Below, piece after piece: positions 28,442 to 40,194 of a stretch of 64,000 nt of DNA. The translations under genes were made by a program, and so were the position numbers. Every line of letters starts with the position of its first letter. Positions within the stretch are counted from its first letter, which is position 1. This stretch comes from Dongiaceae bacterium (lineage in GTDB: Bacteria > Pseudomonadota > Alphaproteobacteria > Dongiales > Dongiaceae), in assembly GCA_039808885.1 (NCBI GenBank), contig JBDHTX010000010.1, positions 2,403 to 66,402 on the forward strand. The letters run 5' to 3'. The notes below the pieces were generated by a model. The model was not told where the DNA came from. It saw only the letters and a program-made list of their open reading frames with translations, and did no database searches.

Positions 28442-29809
28442 CTACCTTCCGCCGCGCAGATAGCGGTCGATGGACCTGGCGGCGATCTTGCCGTCCTCGA
28501 CGCTCTGCACGGTCAAATCGATGCCGCTGGCGATGCAGTCGCCGCCGGCCCAGACGTTGGCGAGCGACGTCTTGCGCTCCTCGTTCACGGCGATCTTGCC
28601 ACCATGGAGATCGAGGGATTCGCGCGCCTTGCCGTTGACCGGGTCCTTGACCAGCTTCTGGCCGATCGCCTTGAACACCTGATCGCAGAGGATGGAGAAG
28701 GTTTCGCCGGTGCCGACCAGCTGGCCGCGGTCGTCCAGGGCCGTGCGCTCGAACTCGACTTCCTTGACCGCGCCGTTATGGCCGAGGAGGCGCAGGGGCC
28801 GTGCCCAATGCTTCAGCTTCACGCCATTGACCTGGGCGAATTCCTGCTCGTGCCAGGTGGCGCTCATATGCTCGGGGCCGCGGCGATAGACCAGGGTCAC
28901 GTCCTCGGCGCCCAGGCGCTTGGTCTGCACCGAGATGTCGATCGCGGTGTTGCCCCCGCCGATGACGACGATCCTGCGGCCGACCTTCAGCTTCGACTTG
29001 TCGGCCGTCTGGCGCAAATTGGCGATATAGGCAACGGCGTCCTCGACGCCGCTCAGCTTGTCCTCGCCCTCCAGCCCCAGTGCATTGACGCCGGCGAGGC
29101 CGAAGCCGAGGAACACGGCATCGAAATCCTTGCGCAGCTGGTCGAGGGTCACGTCGCGGCCGAGCGCCTGGCCGGTCTTCACCGAGATGCCGCCGATGGA
29201 CAGGATGAACTGCACCTCCGCCTGGGCGAAGTCGTTCACGGTCTTGTAGGCGGCGATGCCGTATTCGTTGAGACCGCCGAGCTTTGGCCTGGCCTCGAAG
29301 ATCGTCACGTCATGCCCCTGCACCGCGAGCGCGTGGGCGCAGGACAAGCCCGCCGGCCCACCGCCGATGACGGCGACGCGCTTGCCGGTCGGCTTCTGAC
29401 GGCTGAATGGCCGGTGATTGCTCTGCAGCAGGTGGTCGACGGCGAAGCGTTGCAGCATGCCGATATTGACCGGCTTGTCCTCCGAGGTGTTGCGGACGCA
29501 TTTGTCCTCGCACAGGATCTCGGTCGGGCAAACCCTGGCGCACATGCCGCCAAGAATGTTCGCCTCGAGAATCTCCTGCGCGGCGCCCAGCGTGTTGCCG
29601 GTGTTCACCATGCGGATGAAGTTGGGGATGTCGATCGAGGTCGGGCAGGCCTCGACGCACGGGGCGTCGTGGCAGAAATAGCAGCGGCTGCTTTCGATCA
29701 GCGCCTTCTTGCGGTCGAGGGGCGGCTTGATGTCCTCGAAATTCGCCGCGACCTCTTCCGGCCGCAGGCGGCCGGCGGCGATGTCCGGCGTTGCCGATTG
29801 CGTCATCAA
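28442..29809 (-). CDS. preT: Dihydropyrimidine dehydrogenase subunit A
   Basis: CYFCHDAPCVEACP, CARVCP, GGGPAG, GGGNTAID, GGDC. Confidence 0.9.
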   Translation of the reverse strand: MMTQSATPDIAAGRLRPEEVAANFEDIKPPLDRKKALIESSRCYFCHDAPCVEACPTSIDIPNFIRMVNTGNTLGAAQEILEANILGGMCARVCPTEILCEDKCVRNTSEDKPVNIGMLQRFAVDHLLQSNHRPFSRQKPTGKRVAVIGGGPAGLSCAHALAVQGHDVTIFEARPKLGGLNEYGIAAYKTVNDFAQAEVQFILSIGGISVKTGQALGRDVTLDQLRKDFDAVFLGFGLAGVNALGLEGEDKLSGVEDAVAYIANLRQTADKSKLKVGRRIVVIGGGNTAIDISVQTKRLGAEDVTLVYRRGPEHMSATWHEQEFAQVNGVKLKHWARPLRLLGHNGAVKEVEFERTALDDRGQLVGTGETFSILCDQVFKAIGQKLVKDPVNGKARESLDLHGGKIAVNEERKTSLANVWAGGDCIASGIDLTVQSVEDGKIAARSIDRYLRGGR

Positions 29810-29910
29810 CCCCTCCCAAAGGTCGCTGCCACAAATTCCCGGCTTGGGCCACGCACCTCGGTGCGCGCCTGACCGTCACTGGCATGTTGTTGCGCGGATT
29901 GTGGGGAAGT

Positions 29911-29950
29911 TTGACCAATTGATCAAGAATATTTTTGACCAATCGGACAA
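29911..29950. promoter_or_regulatory. Two RutR/PydR operators in the divergent preT/rutR region
   Basis: TTGACCAATTGATCAA (29911-29926) and TTGACCAATCGGACAA (29935-29950). Confidence 0.85.
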
Positions 29951-30036
29951 GTTTTTTCTTTGCTTCCCCCGCCGCTGCGGGTCCAATAAGACACGTTCGC
30001 AAATGGAGATCAGAGGCATTGGCAAGTAACGATCCG

Positions 30037-30681
30037 ATGGAGGCCGAACCCGGCGGCGGCGTGCGCCAGCGCAGCCGCGCCAGCATCGAGCGACGCATCC
30101 TCGAGGCCGCCGAATCGGTCTTTGCCGAAGCGGGATTCAACGGCGCCACGACGGCGGAGATCGCCCGGCGCGCCGGTATCCCGAAGGCGAACCTGCACTA
30201 TTATTTCAAGACCAAGGAAGAACTCTATCAGCAGGTCCTGACCGGGATCATCAACACCTGGCTGCACACTGCCGACGAGATCACCGCGGATGCCGACCCG
30301 GCGCGCGCGCTCGCCCATTACATCACCGCCAAGATCGAACTGGCCCGCACGCAGCCGATCCCGTCCCGCGTTTTCGCCAACGAGATCATTCACGGCGCGC
30401 CGCATCTGGGCAGCTATCTCGGCACCGAGCTGCGCAGCTGGGTCGATGCCAAGGCAAAGGTGATCAAGGGCTGGATCGCCGCCGGGAAGATGCGCGACGT
30501 CGATCCCCGGCATCTGCTGTTCATGATCTGGGCCAGCACCCAGACCTATGCCGACTTCGCCTCGCAGATTTCCGCCGTGCTTGGCCGCGATCAGCTATCG
30601 CCGCCGGAGTACAAATCCGTCGCGCGGCAGGCGACGGAAATCATCCTGCGCGGCTGCGGACTGACGCCGCCCGGCGCCTGA
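30037..30681 (+). CDS. rutR: TetR-family pyrimidine regulator RutR/PydR
   Basis: HTH ILEAAESVFAEAGFNG...NLHYYFKTKEELY; SRVFANEII, IWASTQTYADF; divergent from preT. Confidence 0.85.
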   Translation: MEAEPGGGVRQRSRASIERRILEAAESVFAEAGFNGATTAEIARRAGIPKANLHYYFKTKEELYQQVLTGIINTWLHTADEITADADPARALAHYITAKIELARTQPIPSRVFANEIIHGAPHLGSYLGTELRSWVDAKAKVIKGWIAAGKMRDVDPRHLLFMIWASTQTYADFASQISAVLGRDQLSPPEYKSVARQATEIILRGCGLTPPGA

Positions 30682-30758
30682 AACAGGCGCCATCGGCTAC
30701 GCGCGGAATCCGGCCTCTTCCCGCCACGGCTCTGAAACGGCGGCGCCGCGACGCGGCG

Positions 30759-30896
30759 TCAGGCGCGCTTGCTCTCTGCGGCAGCTGCTTCGCTGGCAAC
30801 CTCGCTCGCCACATCGATGAAATGCGCGAGCTCGCCCTTCTGCATCTGGCGCGCCATCTTGCCCAGACGCCGCAATTCCTTGCGAATATAGTCCAT
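30759..30896 (-). CDS. Small hypothetical helical protein (45 aa; ORF open to 31013)
   Basis: MDYIRKELRRLGKMARQMQKGELAHFIDVASEVA resembles a small alphaproteobacterial YI..EL..LA....LA.F..MA pattern (recollection). Confidence 0.45.
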   Translation of the reverse strand: MDYIRKELRRLGKMARQMQKGELAHFIDVASEVASEAAAAESKRA

Positions 30897-31417
30897 GCTT
30901 TGCGCCGCTTCAGGCGCCGTGGCGCGCGCAGTTGCGCCCTGCCGATGACCGTTCACTGCGCCGGTTGCGTTGACAGCCCCATGCAACACTTGCCCCTCCT
31001 GGTCGTAAGACACCCCAACGATTGCGAACCTGCCGTGCCGGCCAGCGGCAAACGCGGAGCGGCCACAAGCAGGCGCGCCCGGTCAAATACGAATGCAGGC
31101 CGACGACACAAACCGGTCGGAGCAGTGCTGCTGGCAATTGACGCGGAGGCCTATCCCGACCCGGTCCGAAAACGAGGCGCCCCCGCCCCTCAGTCATGTC
31201 CCCGACGCAAACAGCGGCGCAAGAAAACTAGCCACCATTTCCTAAATCTCGTCAGGTTCCTAGGACCAAGTCAAGATTGATCAGCAAGAGACCTCCTTGA
31301 AGTTGCATGTGCAATACTTTGGCGCGGATTCACATAATTGGACCGCAGCGTCTCATAGCACCGCATTATTTCCGCCGATGCCCTTCAGGGGTCCAAGGCG
31401 CGGGCACAGCGCCCCGC

Positions 31418-31447
31418 AAACAAAAGCGGCCGGCAATGCCGGCCGCT
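31418..31447 (-). terminator. Intrinsic terminator after dihydropyrimidinase
   Basis: AGCGGCCGGCA/TGCCGGCCGCT stem followed by TTTTGTTT on the minus strand. Confidence 0.65.
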
Positions 31448-31480
31448 GCGAGGGAGAGGAAACGAGGACGATCGATGTGA

Positions 31481-32968
<1,488 letters not shown>

Positions 32969-32981
32969 TCAACCCCAAGAG

Positions 32982-32997
32982 TTGTCCAATTGGTCAA
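32982..32997. promoter_or_regulatory. RutR/PydR operator upstream of dihydropyrimidinase
   Basis: TTGTCCAATTGGTCAA, 1 mismatch to consensus. Confidence 0.8.
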
Positions 32998-33094
32998 ACT
33001 CTATCGCAGAGGACCGCGTCGCGCCAATCACTTTGAACCCGGCACGCGATGCCGACGTCCCCGCGACGCCGGCCGGCATGACCTGGCCGGAAGC

Positions 33095-33124
33095 AAAAAA
33101 GGCAGGCCCCTTGGAGCCTGCCTT
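33095..33124 (-). terminator. Intrinsic terminator with no protein gene immediately upstream
   Basis: AAGGCAGGC/GCCTGCCTT stem followed by a T run on the minus strand. Confidence 0.75.
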
Positions 33125-33260
33125 CACTGCTGATCTTTAAAGTCCGGATCGCTCTTGGGGCGACCTCTGGTACCCATCATCCCAGAACTTGGACCGTGGC
33201 CTGCGCCATCTTGGACTTCTGCCGAGGCGTGATTCCTCAGCGGGTTGGAAAACTATCTCA
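33095..33260 (-). ncRNA. Candidate small RNA or tRNA-His trailer (5' end unknown)
   Basis: No convincing CDS; several hairpins; four CCAAG copies; ends in the terminator above. Confidence 0.3.
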
Positions 33261-33425
33261 GGACCATGACGGAGTCACGCGGAAACTTCATGCCTGCCCT
33301 GCAGCATCGGAATGCGGAAAGACAGGCAAAACCCCTGCAGTGGCGCCACGCAATGGGGCCACGCAAACCTTTGGTTTTCTCGGGGAAATCAGCAGCCGGC
33401 GAACGGACCGCCAGCGCCGGGCGGC

Positions 33426-33503
33426 TGGGGCGAGTGACGGGACTTGAACCCGCAGCCCCCAGATCCACAATCTGGTGCTCTAACCAATTGAGCTACACCC
33501 GCC
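33426..33503 (-). tRNA. tRNA-His(GTG) with encoded G-1 and CCA
   Basis: Acceptor stem GCGGGTG/CACTCGC, D-arm GCTC...GAGC, anticodon loop TTGTGGA, T-arm GCGGG-TTCAAGT-CCCGT, discriminator C, CCA. Confidence 0.96.
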
Positions 33504-33692
33504 GCCGCGCGGGCGGTCTAAACCAGCCCGGCGGCGGGGTCAAGAGCGGCCGGCCAATGCCCCTCCCGCGCGTGTCGTCATTCCGCAAAATCCTGTCGGG
33601 GAATGCGACCTGCGACCCCGGCCGACTCACTAAAATCCGCGGCCGAAACGCCCGGTCGGTTCCGGGACCCCGGCTAGAGAGAGGATACCAAC

Positions 33693-34880
33693 ATGCTGCA
33701 GCTCGCCAGCGGAATGAGCCGCCTCGGCACCGAATCCGCCTTCGAGGTCCTGGCCCGCGCCAAGGCGCTGGAGGCCCAGGGCAAGTCGATCATCAGCCTG
33801 TCGATCGGCCAGCCCGACTTCCAGACCCCCGCCCATATCGTCGAGGCGGCGATCAAGGCGCTGAAGGACGGCCATCATGGCTACACCCCGGCCAACGGCA
33901 TCCCGCAGGTGCGCGAGGCGGTGGCCGCCGACCTGCACCGCCGCCATGGCGTCAACGTCGACCCGGGCAACGTGCTGATCGTGCCGGGCGGCAAGGTCAC
34001 CATGTTCTTCGCCATCTCGATGTTCGGCGAGGCCGGCGCCGAGATCATCTATCCGAACCCGGGTTTCCCGATCTACGAGAGCGCCATCAAGTTCGTCGGC
34101 GCCACCCCGGTGCCGCTGCCGCTGCTGGAAGAGAACGGCTTCGGCTTCAAGGCGGAGGATGTGCTCTCGCGCATCACGCCGAAGACAAGGCTCATCATTG
34201 TCAACTCGCCCGCCAACCCGACCGGCGGCATCTGCGTCAAGGCGGAGATCGACAAGCTGGTCGCCGGCCTCGCCAAGCACCCGAACGTCGCCATCATGTC
34301 GGACGAGATCTATTCCGAGATGCTCTATGACGGCAACGTGCACACCAGCCTGCTGAAATACCCGGAGATCGCCGATCGGCTGATCGTGCTCGACGGCTGG
34401 TCGAAGACCTACGCGATGACCGGCTGGCGCATGGGCTATTCGGTATGGCCCAAGTCGCTGATCGACCACGCCACGCGGCTTTGCATCAACGTGCATTCCT
34501 GCGTCAACGCCGCCGCCCAGTGGGCCGGCATCGCCGCCCTGCAGGGCCCGCGCGGCGAAATCGACAAGATGATGAAGGCGTTCGACGAGCGCCGGAAGTT
34601 CGTGGTGGCGGAGCTGAACAAGCTGCCCGGCGTGTCCTGCATCACGCCGCTCGGCGCCTTCTACGCCTTCCCCAACATCAAGGGGACCGGCCTGAAGTCG
34701 AAGCAGATGGAAGTGGGCCTGCTGGACGAGGCGGGCGTCGCCTCGATCGCCGGCACCAGTTTCGGTTCCTATGGCGAGGGCTACCTGCGCATCTCCTACG
34801 CCAACAGCCTGGACAACATCGCCGAGGCGATCCGGCGCATGGGCGGCTTCCTGGAGAAGCGGCGCAAGGCGGCGGAATAA
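33693..34880 (+). CDS. Class I PLP-dependent aminotransferase (aspartate aminotransferase-like)
   Basis: SIGQPDF, NSPANPTG, SDEIY, DGWSKTYAMTGWRMG. Confidence 0.92.
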   Translation: MLQLASGMSRLGTESAFEVLARAKALEAQGKSIISLSIGQPDFQTPAHIVEAAIKALKDGHHGYTPANGIPQVREAVAADLHRRHGVNVDPGNVLIVPGGKVTMFFAISMFGEAGAEIIYPNPGFPIYESAIKFVGATPVPLPLLEENGFGFKAEDVLSRITPKTRLIIVNSPANPTGGICVKAEIDKLVAGLAKHPNVAIMSDEIYSEMLYDGNVHTSLLKYPEIADRLIVLDGWSKTYAMTGWRMGYSVWPKSLIDHATRLCINVHSCVNAAAQWAGIAALQGPRGEIDKMMKAFDERRKFVVAELNKLPGVSCITPLGAFYAFPNIKGTGLKSKQMEVGLLDEAGVASIAGTSFGSYGEGYLRISYANSLDNIAEAIRRMGGFLEKRRKAAE

Positions 34881-34904
34881 ACCCGCCGCCCTTGCCGGTG
34901 AAGA

Positions 34905-35216
34905 TCAGGGCTGCGGCGCCGACGTGCCGCAGCCCGTTTCATTTGCGGCGGCATCCTCAGGCGCGGGCGGCAAAGACTCGGTCCAGCCGAGATCGAAGCC
35001 TGGATCCTGTTCGTCGTCCGCATCGTTGAAGGTGAGCGGATCCCCCGCCGGGATCGCCGGCGGCACCGTGGCCACGGTCGCGATCTCCGCACATCCGAAA
35101 TCGGCCGGTAAAGTGATGGCGGCCTGCTGCTGCAGGTCCGGGGCCGCTTCGCGCGGGTGGCCTGACAGGCCCAGGAACAGGGCGGCGAAAGCGAGGGTCG
35201 GATTGATTGCATCCAT
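34905..35216 (-). CDS. Hypothetical protein, possibly exported, acidic and Pro-rich
   Basis: GGAGG RBS upstream of ATG; hydrophobic N-terminus LAFAALFLGLSG. Confidence 0.45.
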   Translation of the reverse strand: MDAINPTLAFAALFLGLSGHPREAAPDLQQQAAITLPADFGCAEIATVATVPPAIPAGDPLTFNDADDEQDPGFDLGWTESLPPAPEDAAANETGCGTSAPQP

Positions 35217-35532
35217 GGCCGCGGCGCCTCCTTCGAGCGCATATCCCCCGCTCGATCAAATGCGCCCTCGTCCGTTCAAACGCCAGTGACGAATTGTCGC
35301 CTAAGCTCCTGAATTGCCGCCGTTTCCCAAATGAAGCGGTTTTATCATGGTAATGTCACCGACGCGCCCAAAGACAGGCTGGATTTGAGCCAATAGCCGC
35401 GGCGGCGGGCGACCTTTTCCTTGGCCCTTTGCGCCGCGCCCACGCTCAGGTCGGCCACGCGCGCATCGCTGGCCGCCTTCAAATCTGCGACCTGCGCCTG
35501 GTCCGCAGTGGCGCGATTGATCGCAGCGCTGA

Positions 35533-36108
<576 letters not shown>

Positions 36109-36208
36109 CCCAACAGACACGGCCGCGATCGAACGGCCGCCCCGCATCGGCGCTACGACCGATTCAACGTTTCAACAACAATCCAACCGCTGAGATCAGG
36201 AAGGTATC

Positions 36209-37618
36209 ATGTCGCACGTCAAGAAAGTGCTGGAACTCATCAAGAAGGAAGAGATCCAGTATGTCGATTTCCGCTTCACCGACCCGCAGGGCCAGTGGCA
36301 GCACCTGGCGCATCACGTCTCGACCATCGATGAGGACTTCCTCACCGAGGGCCTGATGTTCGACGGCTCGTCCATCGCCGGCTGGAAGGCGATCAACGAA
36401 TCCGACATGACGCTGCTGCCGGATTGCTCGACCGCGGTCATGGACCCCTTCTCCGCCCAGAAGCTGCTGGTCATCTTCTGCGACGTGCTGGAGCCGCTGA
36501 CCGGCCAGAACTACGGCCGCGACCCGCGCTCGATCGCCAAGAAGGCGGAAGCCTATGTGAAGAGCTCGGGCATCGGCGACACCGCGTTCTTCGGCCCCGA
36601 AGCCGAGTTCTTCGTGTTCGACGACGTGCGCTACGACGTCAAGATGAACCAGACTTTCGTCTACCTCGATTCCGAGGAAGGCCCCTATGTCTCGGGCAAG
36701 AAGTTCGAGGAAGGCAACCACGGCCACCGCATGAAGGTTAAGGGCGGCTATTTCCCGGTCGCCCCGCTGGATTCCGGCGGCGACCTGCGCTCCGAGATGC
36801 TGTCGACCCTGCACGCCATGGGCGTCGAGGTCGAGAAGCACCACCACGAAGTGGCGCCGAGCCAGCACGAGCTGGGCGTGAAGTTCGGCACCCTGGTGCA
36901 GTGCGCCGACGCCATGATCAAGTACAAGTATGTGGTGAAGAACGTCGCCCACGCCTACGGCAAGACGGCGACCTTCATGCCGAAGCCGATCAAGGGCGAC
37001 AACGGCTCGGGCATGCACGTGCACCAGTCGATCTGGAAGAACGGCCAGCCGCTCTTCGCCGGGAACGGCTATGCCGACCTGTCGGAGATGGCGCTCTACT
37101 ACATCGGCGGCATCATCAAGCACGCCAAGGCCATCAACGCCTTCACCAACCCGACGACCAACAGCTACAAGCGCCTGATCCCGGGCTTCGAAGCGCCGGT
37201 GCTGCTGGCCTATTCTTCGCGCAACCGCTCGGCCTCCTGCCGCATCCCGTATGTGGCGAGCCCGAAGGGCAAGCGCGTCGAGGTCCGCTTCCCGGATCCG
37301 CTGGCCAATCCCTATCTCGCCTTCTCGGCGATGCTGATGGCCGGCCTGGACGGCATCCAGAACAAGATCCATCCGGGCGACCCGATGGACAAGAACCTCT
37401 ACGACCTGCCGCCGGAGGAGCTGTCCAACGTCCCGACCGTCTGCGGCTCGCTGCGCGAGGCGCTGCAGTCGCTGCAGGCCGACCACTCGTTCCTGCTGAA
37501 GGGCGACGTGTTCAACAAGGACTTCATCGACTCCTATCTCGAGCTGAAGTGGGAAGAGGTCTACGCCCTCGAGCACACGCCGCACCCGATCGAGTACCAG
37601 ATGTACTATTCCGGCTGA
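36209..37618 (+). CDS. glnA: Glutamine synthetase type I
   Basis: [20 protein letters not shown]...[16 protein letters not shown], adenylylation site [12 protein letters not shown]. Confidence 0.97.
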   Translation: MSHVKKVLELIKKEEIQYVDFRFTDPQGQWQHLAHHVSTIDEDFLTEGLMFDGSSIAGWKAINESDMTLLPDCSTAVMDPFSAQKLLVIFCDVLEPLTGQNYGRDPRSIAKKAEAYVKSSGIGDTAFFGPEAEFFVFDDVRYDVKMNQTFVYLDSEEGPYVSGKKFEEGNHGHRMKVKGGYFPVAPLDSGGDLRSEMLSTLHAMGVEVEKHHHEVAPSQHELGVKFGTLVQCADAMIKYKYVVKNVAHAYGKTATFMPKPIKGDNGSGMHVHQSIWKNGQPLFAGNGYADLSEMALYYIGGIIKHAKAINAFTNPTTNSYKRLIPGFEAPVLLAYSSRNRSASCRIPYVASPKGKRVEVRFPDPLANPYLAFSAMLMAGLDGIQNKIHPGDPMDKNLYDLPPEELSNVPTVCGSLREALQSLQADHSFLLKGDVFNKDFIDSYLELKWEEVYALEHTPHPIEYQMYYSG

Positions 37619-37646
37619 TCGCCGGCCTGCGACACCGGCGTTCCGA

Positions 37647-37686
37647 GCGCCCGCCCGAAGCGACCCTTCGGGCGGGCGTTCTTTTT
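37647..37686 (+). terminator. Intrinsic terminator after glnA
   Basis: GCGCCCGCCCGAAG/CTTCGGGCGGGCGT stem followed by a T run. Confidence 0.85.
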
Positions 37687-37736
37687 ATCCGGCGCGCGTC
37701 GGGCTAGTGTGGCCTCCCAATCGCTGGAAGGCCGCC

Positions 37737-38876
37737 ATGAAGAACACCCAATCCCAAGACACCCTTTGCGCCCAGGCCCTGGGCTGGATCGAGCCGAAGA
37801 CCAAGGCGCTGGTCCAGCCGGTCCATCTCGCCACCACCTTCGAGCGCGACCCGGACAACGAATACAGCAGCGGCTATTCCTACATTCGCAACGAGAACCC
37901 GAGCTGGGACCAGGCCGAGCAGCTGCTGACCCGGCTGGAGGGCGGCGCCGCCTCGCTGCTGTTCTCCTCCGGCATGGCGGCGGCCACGTCGCCGTTCCTG
38001 GCGCTGAAGCCGGGCGACCACGTCATCGCCCCGGAGGTGATGTATTGGGGCCTGCGCAACTGGCTGGTCGGGATCGGCCGGAATTGGGGTCTCGGCGTCG
38101 ATTTCGTCGACATGACCGATCCGGCGCAGGTCCGCGCGGCGATCCAGCCCGGCAAGACCCGCATCGTGTGGGCCGAAACGCCGTCGAACCCCATGTGGCA
38201 GGTCTTCGACATCGCCGCCCTGGCGGAGATCGCCCATGCGGCGGGCGCCCTGCTGGCGGTGGATTCGACCGTGGCGACACCGGTGCAGACCCGGCCGATC
38301 GACCTCGGCGCCGACCTGGTGATGCATGCGGCCACCAAATACCTGAACGGCCATTCCGATGTCCTGGCCGGGACCCTGACCAGCGCGCGGGACGACGCAT
38401 ACTGGCAGCGCATCCACGCGGTGCGGACCAGCGGCGGCGCGGTCCTGGGCAGCTTCGAGGCCTGGCTGCTGCTGCGCGGCATGCGCACCCTGCCCCTGCG
38501 GGTCCGGCAGGCCAGCGCCAATGCCCTGTTCCTGGCCGAACGCCTGGAGCGCCACCCGCGCGTCGCCGCGGTGCTCTATCCCGGCCTGCCAAGCCATCCG
38601 CAGCACGCCGTTGCGCAGCGGCAGATGCAGGGCGGCTTCGGCGGCATGCTGTCGATCCGCGTCAAGGGCGGCGAAGCGGCGGCCATCGCCTGCGCCGCCA
38701 AGGTCCGGCTGTGGAAGCGGGCCACCTCGCTCGGCGGGGTCGAGAGCCTGATCGAGCACCGCGCCTCGATCGAAGGCGCCGGCTCGCCGGTGCCGAAGGA
38801 CCTGCTGCGGCTGTCGACCGGAATCGAGGATGCCACGGAATTGCTGGCCGACCTGGCCCAGGCGCTCGAACCTTGA
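37737..38876 (+). CDS. Cystathionine gamma-synthase-family PLP enzyme
   Basis: YIRNENP, FSSGMAA, ETPSNP, VDST, HAATKYLNGHSD, SLGGVESL, LRLSTGIED. Confidence 0.88.
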   Translation: MKNTQSQDTLCAQALGWIEPKTKALVQPVHLATTFERDPDNEYSSGYSYIRNENPSWDQAEQLLTRLEGGAASLLFSSGMAAATSPFLALKPGDHVIAPEVMYWGLRNWLVGIGRNWGLGVDFVDMTDPAQVRAAIQPGKTRIVWAETPSNPMWQVFDIAALAEIAHAAGALLAVDSTVATPVQTRPIDLGADLVMHAATKYLNGHSDVLAGTLTSARDDAYWQRIHAVRTSGGAVLGSFEAWLLLRGMRTLPLRVRQASANALFLAERLERHPRVAAVLYPGLPSHPQHAVAQRQMQGGFGGMLSIRVKGGEAAAIACAAKVRLWKRATSLGGVESLIEHRASIEGAGSPVPKDLLRLSTGIEDATELLADLAQALEP

Positions 38877-38938
38877 CCTGACGCGCCGCCACGCCGCGTG
38901 CTTCACGGCATCGGTCGGCGGGGCTGAGTCTATGCTCC

Positions 38939-39676
38939 GTGCGCTATGTCCTCGCCTTTCTCGCGGCTGTCTGGCTGGTGCAGATCCCAGGTATCGCGCC
39001 GGCGGATGAAATTCGTACCGACGTCAACATCGTCACCGGCCTCGATGTTTCCGGCTCGATCGAGGCCAAGGAGACGCAGATCCAGATCGACGGCCTGGCG
39101 ATGGCGATCCGCTCGCCGGAAGTCATCGCCGCGATCCGCAGCGGCCGGCACGGCCGGGTCGGCTTCGCCGTCTTCGTCTGGGCCAACGGCAATCTTCCGG
39201 TCTTTGCCGAATGGCGCCAGATTGCATCGGCGGAGGATGCGCTGGCACTCTCAGAGGAGCTTTCCCTGCGTCTGCATGCGATCTTGGAATCGACGGCTGC
39301 GCTGAAACTCGGCGAACTCACGGACCTCTCCGGCGCCATTGCCTTCGGCGGCGCCATGCTCCTGGCGGCGCCCTATCCCACCGACCACGCGATCCTCAAC
39401 ATCATGGGCAATGGCCTGGACAACGTCGCGGAAGGACCGGAGCGGGCGCGCAATATCCTGGTTGCCCAGGGCGTCACCATCAATGGCGTGGTGATCGGCC
39501 ACGACAGAGGCGTCATCGGGTATTTCCGCCGCAACGTCATCGGCGGCCCGGCGGCCTTCGTGCTTCCGGCCGGCGAGCCGCAGACGCTGGTCGACGTGTT
39601 CAAGCGCAAATTCGTGACGGAGATCGTCTGGAATGCCGGGCGAGCCGAAGACGGCGCAGCTCAGCCGTTGCGGTAG
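38939..39676 (+). CDS. DUF1194 / vWA-like exported protein
   Basis: Signal peptide; MIDAS-like DVSGS; YFRRNVIGGP..FV. Confidence 0.75.
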   Translation: MRYVLAFLAAVWLVQIPGIAPADEIRTDVNIVTGLDVSGSIEAKETQIQIDGLAMAIRSPEVIAAIRSGRHGRVGFAVFVWANGNLPVFAEWRQIASAEDALALSEELSLRLHAILESTAALKLGELTDLSGAIAFGGAMLLAAPYPTDHAILNIMGNGLDNVAEGPERARNILVAQGVTINGVVIGHDRGVIGYFRRNVIGGPAAFVLPAGEPQTLVDVFKRKFVTEIVWNAGRAEDGAAQPLR

Positions 39677-40194
39677 CTTGCCGCCATCTCGCAGTAATGC
39701 TGGGCGGAATAGACGAAGTATTTGAGTTCCGCCTCGCTCAAGCTGCGCATCAGCTTGGCCGGGCTGCCGGCCCACAGCTCGCCCCGCTTCACCCGCTTGC
39801 CGGGCGTCACCAGGGCGCCGGCGGCGACCATGGCGCCGGTCTCCACCACCACGCCGTCCATGACGCAGGCCTTCATGCCGACGAAACAGCCGTCTTCGAG
39901 CGTGCAGGCGTGGATCAGCGCCATGTGGCCGATGGTGATGTCGGAGCCGATGGTGGTCTTGGTGCCGGCCGCCCCGGCACGCTCGTGATTGACGTGGATG
40001 ATGGTGCCGTCCTGGATGTTGGTGCGCTCGCCGACGCGGATGGAATTGCCGTCGCCGCGCAGCACGCAGCCGTACCAGACGGAGCTCTCGGCGCCGATCT
40101 GCACGTCGCCGATCACCACCGCCGTCTCGGCGATGAAGACACTGGGCGCGATGACCGGCATCACGCCATGATGCGGGCGAACCAGGCCGCTCAT
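39661..40194 (-). CDS. Gamma-carbonic anhydrase family (YrdA-like) protein
   Basis: Hexapeptide repeats; VLRGDGN, NIQDG..IH, IGHMALIHAC. Confidence 0.9.
   Translation of the reverse strand: MSGLVRPHHGVMPVIAPSVFIAETAVVIGDVQIGAESSVWYGCVLRGDGNSIRVGERTNIQDGTIIHVNHERAGAAGTKTTIGSDITIGHMALIHACTLEDGCFVGMKACVMDGVVVETGAMVAAGALVTPGKRVKRGELWAGSPAKLMRSLSEAELKYFVYSAQHYCEMAASYRNG

Noticed and set aside
33180-33209. Short minus-strand ORF MAQATVQVLG ending in TGA and followed by hairpins (possible Sec readthrough)
   Set aside because: No redox motif, no RBS and no SECIS-like geometry; the readthrough product is not protein-like
33316-33375. GGCAAAACCC...ACGCAAACC resembling a c-di-GMP-I riboswitch
   Set aside because: Lacks the GNRA-capped P2 and the GGGACGCAAAGCC core; no downstream gene in a suitable position
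33426-33503. tRNA-His as an island integration site
   Set aside because: I found no integrase and no duplicated tRNA 3' end in the window
33574-33609. GTCGTCATTCC...GGAATGCGAC hairpin as a fourth REP copy
   Set aside because: Only one short arm and no GGATCCA junction; too degenerate to assign
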